Translations under genes and position numbers: made by a program
In this document: positions 16,977-26,666 of the stretch, one piece after another
Layout: every line of letters begins with the position of its first letter
Position numbering within the stretch: position 1 is the first letter of the stretch
The notes under the pieces: generated by a model
What the model saw: the letters and a program-made list of their open reading frames with translations, nothing else
Database searches by the model: none
Told to the model about the DNA's origin: nothing
Assembly (NCBI GenBank): GCA_016868305.1
Contig: VGHK01000006.1
Location: 2,573 to 66,572 of the forward strand
DNA: 64,000 nucleotides
Source: Betaproteobacteria bacterium
GTDB taxonomy: Bacteria; Pseudomonadota; Gammaproteobacteria; Burkholderiales; Burkholderiaceae_A
Direction: 5' to 3'

Positions 16977-18728
16977 ATGAGTTATCCCACACGTACTGAG
17001 ACCCGCGATGGAATGCGAATTGACTGGCACATGCGAATCCCTGCGCGCGATGGCCTTGAGCTAATAGCCGATGTATTCCGCCCAACAAAGCCGGGAAAGT
17101 ACCCTGTCATCATGAGCTATGGTCCCTATGGCAAGGGTCTCGCTTTCCAAGAGGGCTACAAAACCGCCTGGGACCGTATGGCTGAAACCTTTCCAGACGT
17201 AACAGCCAACTCAACCAATAAGTACCAAAACTGGGAGGTGGTCGATCCCGAAAAATGGGTGCCAGAGGGGTATGTCTGTATCCGGGTGGATTCCCGTGGT
17301 GCGGGAGCTTCCCCTGGCTACATGGCGCTGTGGAGCCCCCAAGAGGCGCAAGATTTCTACGACTGTGTTGAGTGGGCTGGCGTTCAGTCATGGAGTAACG
17401 GCAAAGTTGGGCTAAATGGGATTTCATACTACGGCATGAACCAGTGGCAGGTTGCGCAACTTCAACCGCCGCACCTTGCCGCAATATGTATCTGGGAGGG
17501 CGCTTCCGATTTCTACCGTGACCTCAGCCATCACGGCGGTATCTTGTGCGACTTTCTCAAGAACTGGTATGACATGCAGGTTAAGACGGTGCAGCATGGC
17601 CTAGGCTCGAAGGGACCCAAAAGCCGCGTTACCGGCGAGCCTGTCTGCGGCATGAAAAAACTTCCTGATGACCAGCTGGAGCAAAACCGCGAGAATCTTG
17701 CAAAGGCCGCTCTCAAGCACGCGCTCGACGACGATTATTGGCGTGCCCGTACGCCCGATTTCAGCAAGATCAAAGTGCCGTTGTTATCGGCCGCCAACTG
17801 GGGCGGTCAGGGGCTTCACCCCCGCGGAAACTTCGAGGGCTTTGTCCGGTCTGGGTCCAAAGAAAAATGGCTTGAGGTGCACGGAATCGAGCACTGGACG
17901 CATTTCTACACAGACTACGGCCGTGAGATTCAGCTCCGATTCTTCGACTACTTCCTCAAGGGCAAGAAAAATGGCTGGAACAATCAGCCCAAGGTCCAGT
18001 TGCAGGTTCGGCATGTTGATAAGTTTGTTCCCCGAATGGAGAAGTCGTGGCCGCTGCCTGGTACAAAGTGGACAAAGTTCTATCTTGATAACACCACCCA
18101 GAACCTAGGCCAAAAGCCTTCAGAGCGTGTCACGAAGACGACATATCAAGGGTTCTCCGATGGCCTGACCTACATGCTTCCGCCCCAGCCTGAGGACATG
18201 GAGATTACCGGGCCGATCGCTGTGAAGCTCTTTGCATCGTCTTCCACCATTGATACGGACTTCTTTGTGGTGCTGCGTGTCTTCACGTCCGACCTGAAAG
18301 AAGTCGTGTTTCAGGGGGCACTCGACCCCCACACCCCGATCGGTCAGGGCTGGCTCCGAGCCTCCCATCGTAAGTTAGAACCGAAGCTCTCTAAGCATTA
18401 TCGACCCTACCATCCCCACGACGAGGTTGAGCCGCTCAAGCCTGGGCGTATTTACGAATTTGATATTGAGGTAGTGCCTACCTGTATCGTGGTTCCGGCT
18501 GGTCATCGAGTGGCGCTAAGTATTCGCGGTAAAGACTATGTTTATCCAGGTCCCGCGGGCCATCTGTCGAACATGAAGTATCCAATGACCGGCTGCGGCC
18601 CATTCACGCATACAGATCCAAAAGACCGGCCCGAACGGATTTTCAACGGCAACGTAACTGTCTATTCCGGTGGTGGTCGTGCTTCTTATGTCCAGCTTCC
18701 AATCATTCCCAAAGGAAGAAGAAAGTAG
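16977..18728 (+). CDS. CocE/NonD family serine hydrolase (paralog 1)
   Basis: PVIMSYGPYGK, DSRGAG.S, GISYYG nucleophile motif, WEGASD, C-terminal jelly-roll (ITGPI, GWLRASHR); no signal peptide. Confidence 0.92.
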   Translation: MSYPTRTETRDGMRIDWHMRIPARDGLELIADVFRPTKPGKYPVIMSYGPYGKGLAFQEGYKTAWDRMAETFPDVTANSTNKYQNWEVVDPEKWVPEGYVCIRVDSRGAGASPGYMALWSPQEAQDFYDCVEWAGVQSWSNGKVGLNGISYYGMNQWQVAQLQPPHLAAICIWEGASDFYRDLSHHGGILCDFLKNWYDMQVKTVQHGLGSKGPKSRVTGEPVCGMKKLPDDQLEQNRENLAKAALKHALDDDYWRARTPDFSKIKVPLLSAANWGGQGLHPRGNFEGFVRSGSKEKWLEVHGIEHWTHFYTDYGREIQLRFFDYFLKGKKNGWNNQPKVQLQVRHVDKFVPRMEKSWPLPGTKWTKFYLDNTTQNLGQKPSERVTKTTYQGFSDGLTYMLPPQPEDMEITGPIAVKLFASSSTIDTDFFVVLRVFTSDLKEVVFQGALDPHTPIGQGWLRASHRKLEPKLSKHYRPYHPHDEVEPLKPGRIYEFDIEVVPTCIVVPAGHRVALSIRGKDYVYPGPAGHLSNMKYPMTGCGPFTHTDPKDRPERIFNGNVTVYSGGGRASYVQLPIIPKGRRK

Positions 18729-18736
18729 ATCTTGCT

Positions 18737-19396
18737 ATGAAAATGTATGGTTTCTGGAGGTCGCTCGCGGCGTATCGCGTACGTGTTGCCTTAAAGCTCA
18801 AGGGCATCGACTATGAGGAAGAAGGGGTCAACCTACTTGCTGGCGAGCAGCATGACCCTGCCTATCTCAAGATAAATCCTCAGGGTGCCGTGCCGGCCCT
18901 AATCCTCGACGACGGAACTATCCTTTCCCAGTCGATGGCTATATTGGAATGGCTTGAGGAGACTTATCCGCGGCAAAACCCATTGCTTCCCACAACGCCT
19001 AACAATCGCGCCAGAGTGCGGTCCTTGTGTCACATCGCAGTATCCGATAGTCACCCACTGGTAGTGCCTCGCATTCGAAGCTATCTCAGCAAAGATCTTG
19101 CATTGGGAGATGCCACGACCGCCAAGTGGCTAAACCACTGGTCGGATCGGTCGCTCGCAATTTTCAACGATCGGCTAACTCAGGAATCCCAGACGGGGAG
19201 GTATTGCCATGGAGACGCTGTCTCTATTGCCGATATCTGCCTCGCGTCTCAGGTGGTTGGCGCCACGGGGTTCTTCGGCTGCTCCTTAGAGCCCTATCCA
19301 AAGGTGAAGCAGATTTTTGAGTCCCTGATGCAGATAGCCGCTTTCGAAAAGTCTCTGCCTAAGCACCAGCCGGGTGCGCCCGCGCCTGCTGCTTAG
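18737..19396 (+). CDS. maiA: Maleylacetoacetate/maleylpyruvate isomerase (GST zeta)
   Basis: MYGFWRSLAAYRVRVALKLKG, NPQGAVP, SQSMAILEWLEE, ADICL. Confidence 0.88.
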   Translation: MKMYGFWRSLAAYRVRVALKLKGIDYEEEGVNLLAGEQHDPAYLKINPQGAVPALILDDGTILSQSMAILEWLEETYPRQNPLLPTTPNNRARVRSLCHIAVSDSHPLVVPRIRSYLSKDLALGDATTAKWLNHWSDRSLAIFNDRLTQESQTGRYCHGDAVSIADICLASQVVGATGFFGCSLEPYPKVKQIFESLMQIAAFEKSLPKHQPGAPAPAA

Positions 19397-19446
19397 AACT
19401 CTCTCTTCAGTGTTCGCCCATCAATTTTTATCGTGAGAGGTCAAGC

Positions 19447-20349
19447 TTGAGAATCGGAGTCATAGGAACGGGACGCATGGGCAAGGCCATTGTGCTGAGG
19501 CTCATAGACAAAGGCCACCGGGTCACGGTCTGGAATCGGAGCCTAGACAAACTCAAAGACCTGCAGGCGGTCGGGGCGCTTGTGGCAAAGAGTCCCTCCG
19601 ATCTTGCAAAAGATGTCGATGTGATCATTTCCATTCTAACCAATGCAGAGGCGCAGAATGCGGTCTTTGGCAGCCCAGGATCTGGGGTACTGTCCACCGA
19701 TCTTCGTGGGAAGCTCATCTTGGAGATGAGTACCGTTCGTCCAGAGTCCTCTCAGGCCTTGGCAAAGAAGGTAGAGGCTGCGGGCGGTCGTTTCGTGGAA
19801 AGCCCAGTTGGGGGTACTACGGGTCCAGCCAGAGAAGGTAAGCTTTTTGCGTTTGTAGGGGCGAAGCCAGAGGACTTTGAGGCGGTGCAGCCCTTGCTGG
19901 CCGACCTCTGCCGAAGGGTCGAGCATATCGGCCCTGTGGGCGCAGGATCGAGTCTTAAGCTTGCGGTCAATCTTCCGCTACTGGTCTTCTGGCAGGCCTT
20001 TGGGGAGGCGCTTTCTCTGGTCTCTCATCTCAATATCCCCCCGGAGCGACTCATCGATATCCTTGCGGATACGCCAGGAGCCTCGGGAGGCTTCAAGGCC
20101 CGCTCCCCGCAGTTTGTGGCACGCCTTCAGGGGCAGCCCCCATTTAGTGCGTCCTTCAATCTCTACTCCATCCGAAAAGACCTTCAAACGATGAAGACAG
20201 AGGCCGAGAGTCTCGGGCGCTCGGTGCCCGTTGTGACTGCTGCAATAGGGGCCTATGACGAGGCCATCGCATCTGGATTGGAGGATGCGGACAGTATCGA
20301 GCAGACTCTTTACTGGCAGTCTCGGTCTCAGGCTAAGCCTTCTCGGTAG
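19447..20349 (+). CDS. NAD(P)-dependent oxidoreductase, 3-hydroxyisobutyrate dehydrogenase family
   Basis: GVIGTGRMG, WNRS, EMSTV, ESPVGG, KLAVN; TTG start with GAGAGG SD. Confidence 0.88.
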   Translation: MRIGVIGTGRMGKAIVLRLIDKGHRVTVWNRSLDKLKDLQAVGALVAKSPSDLAKDVDVIISILTNAEAQNAVFGSPGSGVLSTDLRGKLILEMSTVRPESSQALAKKVEAAGGRFVESPVGGTTGPAREGKLFAFVGAKPEDFEAVQPLLADLCRRVEHIGPVGAGSSLKLAVNLPLLVFWQAFGEALSLVSHLNIPPERLIDILADTPGASGGFKARSPQFVARLQGQPPFSASFNLYSIRKDLQTMKTEAESLGRSVPVVTAAIGAYDEAIASGLEDADSIEQTLYWQSRSQAKPSR

Positions 20350-20371
20350 CCACACTCAAGGGAGACTGCCT

Positions 20372-21691
20372 GTGGATCCAATAGATATTGGCCTTCTTGG
20401 CTCCTTAGTTTTTGTTCTTATAACCTTTCTCAGGGTGCCCATCGCCTATGGCATGTTTATCGTCGGTCTTGGGGGGCTGATGCTTATCTACCCCCCAGGT
20501 AGCTCATTTCAGTTTCTTCCGACAGGTCTTTTCTCATACACATCAAACTTTTCTCTAGCCGCCTTACCCCTATTCATTCTCATGGGCCACCTCGCATTTC
20601 ATGCGGAGATTGGAAAAGACGCCTATGACGCAGCAAAGGCCTGGGTTGGCAGGGTTCCCGGTGGCCTGGGCGTCGGAACTGTTTACTCGTCTGCGGTCTT
20701 TGGGGCGTGTTCTGGCTCGAGCCTCTCCGAGGTTGCAGTGTTCTCTAAGATTGCGGTGCCCGAAATGGTAAAAGCGGGCTACAGCAAGAGGCTAGCCACA
20801 GGAATTGTGGCCTCTGCGGGATGTCTCGGGGTCTTGATCCCGCCGAGTATTCTTCTTATTTTCTACGGAATTCTTACTGAAACTTCGATTGGTCAGTTAT
20901 TCATTGCCGGAATTGTTCCCGGAATTATCTATGCGGTAATTATGGCCACGGTTCTGATGGTTGTTTGTGCCATATTTCCCAATATTGCCCCGAAATCGAG
21001 CGCCTTTGACACCTCATGGAAGGCCAAGATTCTTTCGCTGAAAAACCTGTGGGCTGCCTTATTGCTATTTGTGATTGTCTTAGGCGCTATTTACACCGGA
21101 TGGGCCACCCCAGATGAGGCTGCTGCTGTAGGGGTTATGGGATCGCTCTTGATCGTATTCTTAAGGGGTAAACTCTCGGTCTACGTTTTAAAAGAGTCAG
21201 CGATCGACAGTGCGAAGGGAAGCGCTATGATCTTTCTTCTGCTTGGCGCCGGATCGATTTTTGCAACGTTTCTCTCCTCCACTGGCGTTGTTGGTGCCTC
21301 TACCTCGTTTATCACAGGACTAGATGTTCCTTTCTGGGCGCTGATGTTCGGAATCGTGATTCTCTACCTGGTCCTAGGATGCTTCTTAGACGCTATTTCG
21401 ATGATGGTTCTGACCATGCCCTTAATCATTCCTCTCATCGAGGCGCATGACATGAGCCTAGTATGGTTTGGGGTTGTGGTGACTATGATGATGGCCGTTG
21501 GTGCTATTACGCCTCCCATGGGCCTAAACTGCTTTGTCATGAAAGGGGCCTTAGGAGACCAGGTCGAGCTTAAAGACATTTTTATAGGGTCCTTACCTTT
21601 TGTTGTCTTGATGTTGCTCACGGTTGGGCTCTTTGTGGCCTTCCCGCAGATCATCCTGTGGCTTCCCGAGCTTATGCGGTCTATGCGGTAG
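20372..21691 (+). CDS. dctM: TRAP transporter large permease
   Basis: Hydrophobic; ALPLFILMG, GACSGSS, LGVLIPPS, ITPPMGLNCF. Start set at GTG 20372 behind AAGGGAGA. Confidence 0.92.
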   Translation: MDPIDIGLLGSLVFVLITFLRVPIAYGMFIVGLGGLMLIYPPGSSFQFLPTGLFSYTSNFSLAALPLFILMGHLAFHAEIGKDAYDAAKAWVGRVPGGLGVGTVYSSAVFGACSGSSLSEVAVFSKIAVPEMVKAGYSKRLATGIVASAGCLGVLIPPSILLIFYGILTETSIGQLFIAGIVPGIIYAVIMATVLMVVCAIFPNIAPKSSAFDTSWKAKILSLKNLWAALLLFVIVLGAIYTGWATPDEAAAVGVMGSLLIVFLRGKLSVYVLKESAIDSAKGSAMIFLLLGAGSIFATFLSSTGVVGASTSFITGLDVPFWALMFGIVILYLVLGCFLDAISMMVLTMPLIIPLIEAHDMSLVWFGVVVTMMMAVGAITPPMGLNCFVMKGALGDQVELKDIFIGSLPFVVLMLLTVGLFVAFPQIILWLPELMRSMR

Positions 21692-21706
21692 AAAGGAGCC
21701 TATCTC

Positions 21707-22219
21707 ATGGAAAAACTTATCGAATCCTATGAGCGCCTATATCGGCGGATTATCCCAGTGGTAATCGCTACGCCCCTCGCCCTGATGACACTGATCGTTT
21801 TCTTCAATGCGATTGGCAGAAAGGCAGGCTTTCCCTTCCCGTTAACAGTAGAGTCTGTTGAGGCGCTGATCGTTGTCTCGGTTTATTTTGGCGTCGCCCT
21901 TGTCGCTCTTGAACATGGGCATGTAAACGTTACCTTTGCTACCCAACGGCTCAGCCCACGCGTCAATAGCTACCTCGATGGCATAGGGCATCTATTGGCC
22001 TTTGCAACCTTTGCGTTTCTTTCGGTGGCAGCCTGGGCGATAGCCCTGGAGTCGATAAAAATTCTCGAGTACCGACTTGCAGTAGCCCGCTTCCCTTTGT
22101 GGCCGTTCAAAACGCTTTTTGCGCTTGGTCTTACCTTCATGTCAATCCAATTGTTCTTTAATGCCTACAAGTATCTTTTTATCAACAAAGACCCTCCATC
22201 GAATGTGTCCCAGTCCTGA
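21707..22219 (+). CDS. dctQ: TRAP transporter small permease
   Basis: Four hydrophobic helices, HGHVNV motif, P.WP.K near the C-terminus. Confidence 0.85.
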   Translation: MEKLIESYERLYRRIIPVVIATPLALMTLIVFFNAIGRKAGFPFPLTVESVEALIVVSVYFGVALVALEHGHVNVTFATQRLSPRVNSYLDGIGHLLAFATFAFLSVAAWAIALESIKILEYRLAVARFPLWPFKTLFALGLTFMSIQLFFNAYKYLFINKDPPSNVSQS

Positions 22220-22261
22220 TTCTTCGTCTTTGTTCCAATACATCGAAAGACCACGTAGCGA

Positions 22262-22870
22262 ATGAATCTCTTGAATGAATTCACCCTTCAGGCATCCCGT
22301 CAGGCTGTCTGGGCGGGGCTCACGAATCCAGAGCTAGCCGTTCCCTGTATGCCCGGTACAGAGCTAAGTGAGCGTGTCGGAGACCATGGGTTTAAGGCAA
22401 GGGTCACGCTGAAGGTGGGTCCTGTGAAGCTCCAGTTCCTAGGGGCGGGGGAGCTACGTAACCTGTCCTCTGACGGCAGTTACGGTGAACTTACGGCAAA
22501 GGGCAACGACAGCAAAGGCCGTGGTGGTTTCAAGGCAGACATGCGCTTTACGCTCACCGAGAATGGTACCGAGCAATGCCATGTGAAGGTCGAGACAGAC
22601 CTCTCTCTTACCGGCTCAGTTGCTCAGTATGGAAGAGGTGTGGGCATCGTAAAAGAGGTAGCAGGTCAGTTGACCAGCGACTTTACGAAGAACCTCGAAT
22701 TAAAGGTATTGACTGCCAACATCGTTCAGCATCCACCGCAGGCCAGTGCAGCGGCGGGCTCAGAGAGATCATCCGTTACCAGCAGTGAGGCCTCGTCGAT
22801 TAACCTATTTCAGTTGTTGTTCTCTAGTGTCTTTCGTTGGGTGAAGTCTCTTTTTGTCCGTAGATCCTGA
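22262..22870 (+). CDS. CoxG/SRPBCC family accessory protein
   Basis: VW..L.NPE..VPCMPG, KVGPVKLQF, G.VAQYGRG, hydrophobic C-terminal tail. Confidence 0.85.
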   Translation: MNLLNEFTLQASRQAVWAGLTNPELAVPCMPGTELSERVGDHGFKARVTLKVGPVKLQFLGAGELRNLSSDGSYGELTAKGNDSKGRGGFKADMRFTLTENGTEQCHVKVETDLSLTGSVAQYGRGVGIVKEVAGQLTSDFTKNLELKVLTANIVQHPPQASAAAGSERSSVTSSEASSINLFQLLFSSVFRWVKSLFVRRS

Positions 22871-22924
22871 GTAGCCCCGAAGACTTTTTGTTCATCTCAG
22901 CATCTTGACTCCATAGCCTCAAGA

Positions 22925-23803
22925 ATGAAACCAGCCGCATTTGAATACCACAGGCCAGAGAACCTGACCGAAGCAACCGAGATGCTTGCGAGCCTTTCTG
23001 ATGCAAAGATTCTCGCCGGTGGCCAGTCTCTTGGGCCGATGCTCAATTTTCGTTATCTCATGCCGGAGAATCTGATTGATCTCAATCGGGTCCCAGAACT
23101 CCAGGGTATCGCACACACGGAGGGTGTTATCCGAATAGGGGCCATGACCCGCCAGTATCAACTTGAGCGAGATGAGATCCTGCATAAGAAGCTTCCCATC
23201 TTTCGGGAGGCACTGCGCTGGGTAGGCCACTATGCAACCCGTAATCGCGGCACGATTGGTGGCAGCCTCTCGCACCTTGATCCCGCCGCCGAGTTACCTG
23301 GCCTGTGCGCGCTCTTAGATGCCGAGTTGGTCATTCGAAAGAAGGGCTCTGAGAGCAGGACGGTCAGCATTCATGACTGGCCAGTGGGTTTTATGCAGCC
23401 CAATATCTCAGAGGATGAGCTGCTCACCGAAATTGTGATCCGCCCGTGGTCTGTGCCCCATGGTTTTTCTTTTCTTGAGATGAGCCGAAGGCATGGGGAT
23501 TTTGCGATCGCAGGGGTTGCATGCCTGGTCTCGGTGGATAGCCAGTTAAAGATCCAGAAGGCGGCGGTCTCTCTCATTGGCGTCGCCAATGGGGCAACCC
23601 GGTTACGCGGGGCAGAGGCGGCGCTGGTGGGGTCCGCCGTCACAGAAAATCTTATAGAGACCGCAGGCCAAGAGATAGATCAACTCGAAGCGCCCGCCGA
23701 TGCACATCATTCTGGCGCCTTTCGTAAACGTACCGCCAAGACCTTGTTTTTTCGGGCTGTACATAATGCATATCAAGATGCCGTGGCAAGGAGGACAGCC
23801 TAA
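22925..23803 (+). CDS. Molybdenum hydroxylase FAD-binding subunit (CoxM/CutM-like)
   Basis: MKPAAFEYHRP, LAGGQSL, RNRGTIGGS, HLDPAAE, RRHGDFA. Confidence 0.92.
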   Translation: MKPAAFEYHRPENLTEATEMLASLSDAKILAGGQSLGPMLNFRYLMPENLIDLNRVPELQGIAHTEGVIRIGAMTRQYQLERDEILHKKLPIFREALRWVGHYATRNRGTIGGSLSHLDPAAELPGLCALLDAELVIRKKGSESRTVSIHDWPVGFMQPNISEDELLTEIVIRPWSVPHGFSFLEMSRRHGDFAIAGVACLVSVDSQLKIQKAAVSLIGVANGATRLRGAEAALVGSAVTENLIETAGQEIDQLEAPADAHHSGAFRKRTAKTLFFRAVHNAYQDAVARRTA

Positions 23804-24288
23804 TGACGACCCTTCATTCGGTAGAAATGACAATTAATGGTAAGACCTATCGCGTTAACATTGAAGCGAGAACCACGCTAGCCGATTTTATTCGTCATTC
23901 CTGTGGTCTAACCGGAACTCACGTTGGCTGTGAGCACGGAGTCTGCGGTGCCTGCACTCTTCAGGTCGATGGCCGCGCCGTTCGTTCTTGCACCATGTAT
24001 GCGGTTCAGGCCGATGGCGCTTCCGTAACTACAGTTGAAGGCTTGGCCCGGGAGGATGGGGAATTACACCCCGTGCAACAGGCCTTCTCAGACTGTAACG
24101 GGCTTCAGTGTGGCTTTTGTACCCCAGGGATGCAGATGACAATTGCATCCTATCTTGAAGAGAACCCCAACCCATCCGAAGCCGATATTCGTGAACTGAT
24201 CTCTGGGAATATCTGCCGCTGTACGGGATATCAGGGAATTGTGCGCGCTGCCCTTTTGGCGGCGGAGAAGATGCGGGAGGCTCGGTAA
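23803..24288 (+). CDS. Molybdenum hydroxylase 2Fe-2S subunit (CoxS-like)
   Basis: GCEHGVCGACT, QCGFCTPG, GNICRCTGY. Confidence 0.95.
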   Translation: MTTLHSVEMTINGKTYRVNIEARTTLADFIRHSCGLTGTHVGCEHGVCGACTLQVDGRAVRSCTMYAVQADGASVTTVEGLAREDGELHPVQQAFSDCNGLQCGFCTPGMQMTIASYLEENPNPSEADIRELISGNICRCTGYQGIVRAALLAAEKMREAR

Positions 24289-26630
24289 TGGGGGTGAGAA
24301 ACCTTGGTGCTGCGGTCCATCGAATTGAAGATGGCCGTTTTATTACAGGCAAGGGAAAGTACGTCGATGATATTAGACTCCCGGGTACGCTCTCTGCTGC
24401 CTTTCTGCGCTCGTCAGAGGCGCATGCGCGTATTACAGCCCTAGACCTCAGCGCGGCACGCAATATTCCGGGGGTAGTCGCTGCCTTTAGCCTTCGAGAC
24501 TTTGGTCCTCAGGCGATGCAACGCATGGTGCAGGCTTATCCTAACCCTGCGATTAAAACCGACATTACGCCTTATCCGCTGGCGCTAGACGAAGTCTGCT
24601 ATGTAGGCGAGCCCATTGCCATCGTCATTGCCGAAAATCGCTACCTGGCAGAAGACGGGGTGCAGGCAATCGTCCTTGAACTCGAGTCTCTGCCCTGTGT
24701 CATTGATGCCCGCGAGGCCTTAAAGCCGGGCGCACCGAAGGTGCAGCTTGCCTTCGAGTCAAATCTCTCGGCTACGCTGAACTGGAAGTTTGGCGATATC
24801 GACAAGGCCTTTACCGATGCAGACCACGTTTTTAGTGAAGAGTACTTTCAGCACAGGGGTTCCCCCCACTTTATGGAATGCCGAGGAGTCTTGGCCCAGT
24901 CAGATCTCGTCTCTGACAGGCTTACCCTATGGAGTTCCACCCAGTCACCTTTTCTCGTACGGCGCTACCTTGCTGTCTATCTTGGGCGTGACGAGTCGAG
25001 TATTCGCGTTGTTGCGCCGGATGTTGGAGGGGGATTTGGTCCTAAGGCGGTTCATTACGCAGAGGAGCTGGTTGTCGCCATGGCAGCCGAGAGACTCGGC
25101 CGGCCTGTTAAGTGGATCGAAGACCGCCGTGAAAATTTTGTCAGTACCAATCAGCAGAGAGACCAGTGGTGGCAGGTATCGGTTGCCTGTAAAGCCGATG
25201 GGAGGATTTTGGGAATTCGGGCGCAGTGTATTCACGATAACGGAGCCTATGTGCCCTATGGCCTGCTGCTTCCCAACACCTCAGTGGTCCCGTTTCCTGG
25301 GCCCTACGCGATAGCTGCGGTGGATATTCAGCTGCACTCAGCACTTACCAACGCCGTACCCACCACCCCTATACGAGGAGCCGGAAGACCAAACGCTACC
25401 TTTGTAATGGAGCGAACCGCGGACACCGTTGCGCGGGAATTGGGCCTTGATCGGGCTGAGGTTCGTCGTCTGAACTTCATTCGCAAGGAGCAGTTCCCTT
25501 ACGAAACAGGGGCAAAGTTACCGTCTGGCGTTACGGTGCAGTACGACTCCGGTGACTACCATCAGACACTCGACATGGCGCTCACGGCGAGTCAGAAAGA
25601 CACCTTCGAGTCTCGCCGACAGGAGGCCGCAAAACGAGGGAAATGGCGTGGCCTAGGCATTGCGAGTTACAACGAGGACTCTGGGCTCCCTCCGTATGAG
25701 GGTGCTACGGTAAAGGTCTTGCCCAACGGGAGAGTGGTCGTCGAGGTGGGATCCTGCGCGCAAGGACAGGGTCTGGAGACTATCGTCGCCCAGATAGCGG
25801 CGGATTACTTTGGCCTTCAGACCCACGACGTTCTGGTGCGCACGGGCGATACTGATCTCTCAGCAATTGCCTTGTCTACGGTCGGGAGTCGGGTGGCAGC
25901 GACTGTCGGCCCAAGCGTCCATCTCGCCGCCCAACAGGTGAAGGAAAAGGCTATCAGGCTGGCTGCAAGAGACTTTGAGGCATCTGAAAATGATCTCGAA
26001 ATGATTGACGGGCGTGTCTGCATTAAAGGTGTGCCGGGTAAGTCTGTTGGCCTTGGGGACTTAAGCCGCCGTCTTATTGCTAACGTCAACCTCCCAGTGC
26101 CAGAGGGGTTCTCTCCTGGGCTCGAGGCCACTGCGTATCACACGACGTCTCGACCTGTCTACGCAAATGGCTCCAATGTCTGCGAGGTTGAGGTTGATAT
26201 CGACACCGGCGAGGTCCACCTCCTCGACTATTGGGTCGCCCATGACTGCGGCACGATTATTAATCCTAGGCTGGTCGATGGCCAGATCATCGGAGGCGTC
26301 GTTCATGGCATCGGCAATGCGCTTTTTGAGCACATGAAATATGACCGTGAAACGGGTCAGCCTCTCTGTAACAACCTGGGCGAATACCTGTTGCCCCTCG
26401 CCACAGAGATGCCGCAGATACATCTGCAGCACATGGAAAGTCCGACCCCAGTCAACCCATTGGGCATTAAGGGCGCTGGAGAAGGGGGAACCATCCCGGG
26501 TATTGCCTGCGTTATTTCCGCAATAGAAGATGCCCTTAAACCTCTGGGTGTTAAGATCAATGAGTACCCCCTTTCGCCTGAGCGTTTGTTGGAATTGATC
26601 GACGAGAGGCGTTATCACAAGGCGTCTTAG
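24288..26630 (+). CDS. Molybdenum hydroxylase large (Moco) subunit, xanthine dehydrogenase family; not form I CODH
   Basis: EDGRFITGKGKY, VGGGFGPK, active-site loop PIRGAGR (not AYxCSFR), QGQG, IKGAGEGG. Confidence 0.9.
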   Translation: MGVRNLGAAVHRIEDGRFITGKGKYVDDIRLPGTLSAAFLRSSEAHARITALDLSAARNIPGVVAAFSLRDFGPQAMQRMVQAYPNPAIKTDITPYPLALDEVCYVGEPIAIVIAENRYLAEDGVQAIVLELESLPCVIDAREALKPGAPKVQLAFESNLSATLNWKFGDIDKAFTDADHVFSEEYFQHRGSPHFMECRGVLAQSDLVSDRLTLWSSTQSPFLVRRYLAVYLGRDESSIRVVAPDVGGGFGPKAVHYAEELVVAMAAERLGRPVKWIEDRRENFVSTNQQRDQWWQVSVACKADGRILGIRAQCIHDNGAYVPYGLLLPNTSVVPFPGPYAIAAVDIQLHSALTNAVPTTPIRGAGRPNATFVMERTADTVARELGLDRAEVRRLNFIRKEQFPYETGAKLPSGVTVQYDSGDYHQTLDMALTASQKDTFESRRQEAAKRGKWRGLGIASYNEDSGLPPYEGATVKVLPNGRVVVEVGSCAQGQGLETIVAQIAADYFGLQTHDVLVRTGDTDLSAIALSTVGSRVAATVGPSVHLAAQQVKEKAIRLAARDFEASENDLEMIDGRVCIKGVPGKSVGLGDLSRRLIANVNLPVPEGFSPGLEATAYHTTSRPVYANGSNVCEVEVDIDTGEVHLLDYWVAHDCGTIINPRLVDGQIIGGVVHGIGNALFEHMKYDRETGQPLCNNLGEYLLPLATEMPQIHLQHMESPTPVNPLGIKGAGEGGTIPGIACVISAIEDALKPLGVKINEYPLSPERLLELIDERRYHKAS

Positions 26631-26666
26631 TTGTCCGTTGTTTTTTAATTAAAGGAGAGTTTAAAA

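Noticed and set aside
22925-26630. Aerobic CO dehydrogenase (coxMSL)
   Set aside because: The active-site loop is PIRGAGR rather than AYxCSFR, and no coxDEF are present.
4379-26630. A complete nicotine degradation pathway
   Set aside because: No 6-hydroxynicotine or nicotine oxidase homologue and only one Mo-hydroxylase set; retained only as a mechanistic analogy.
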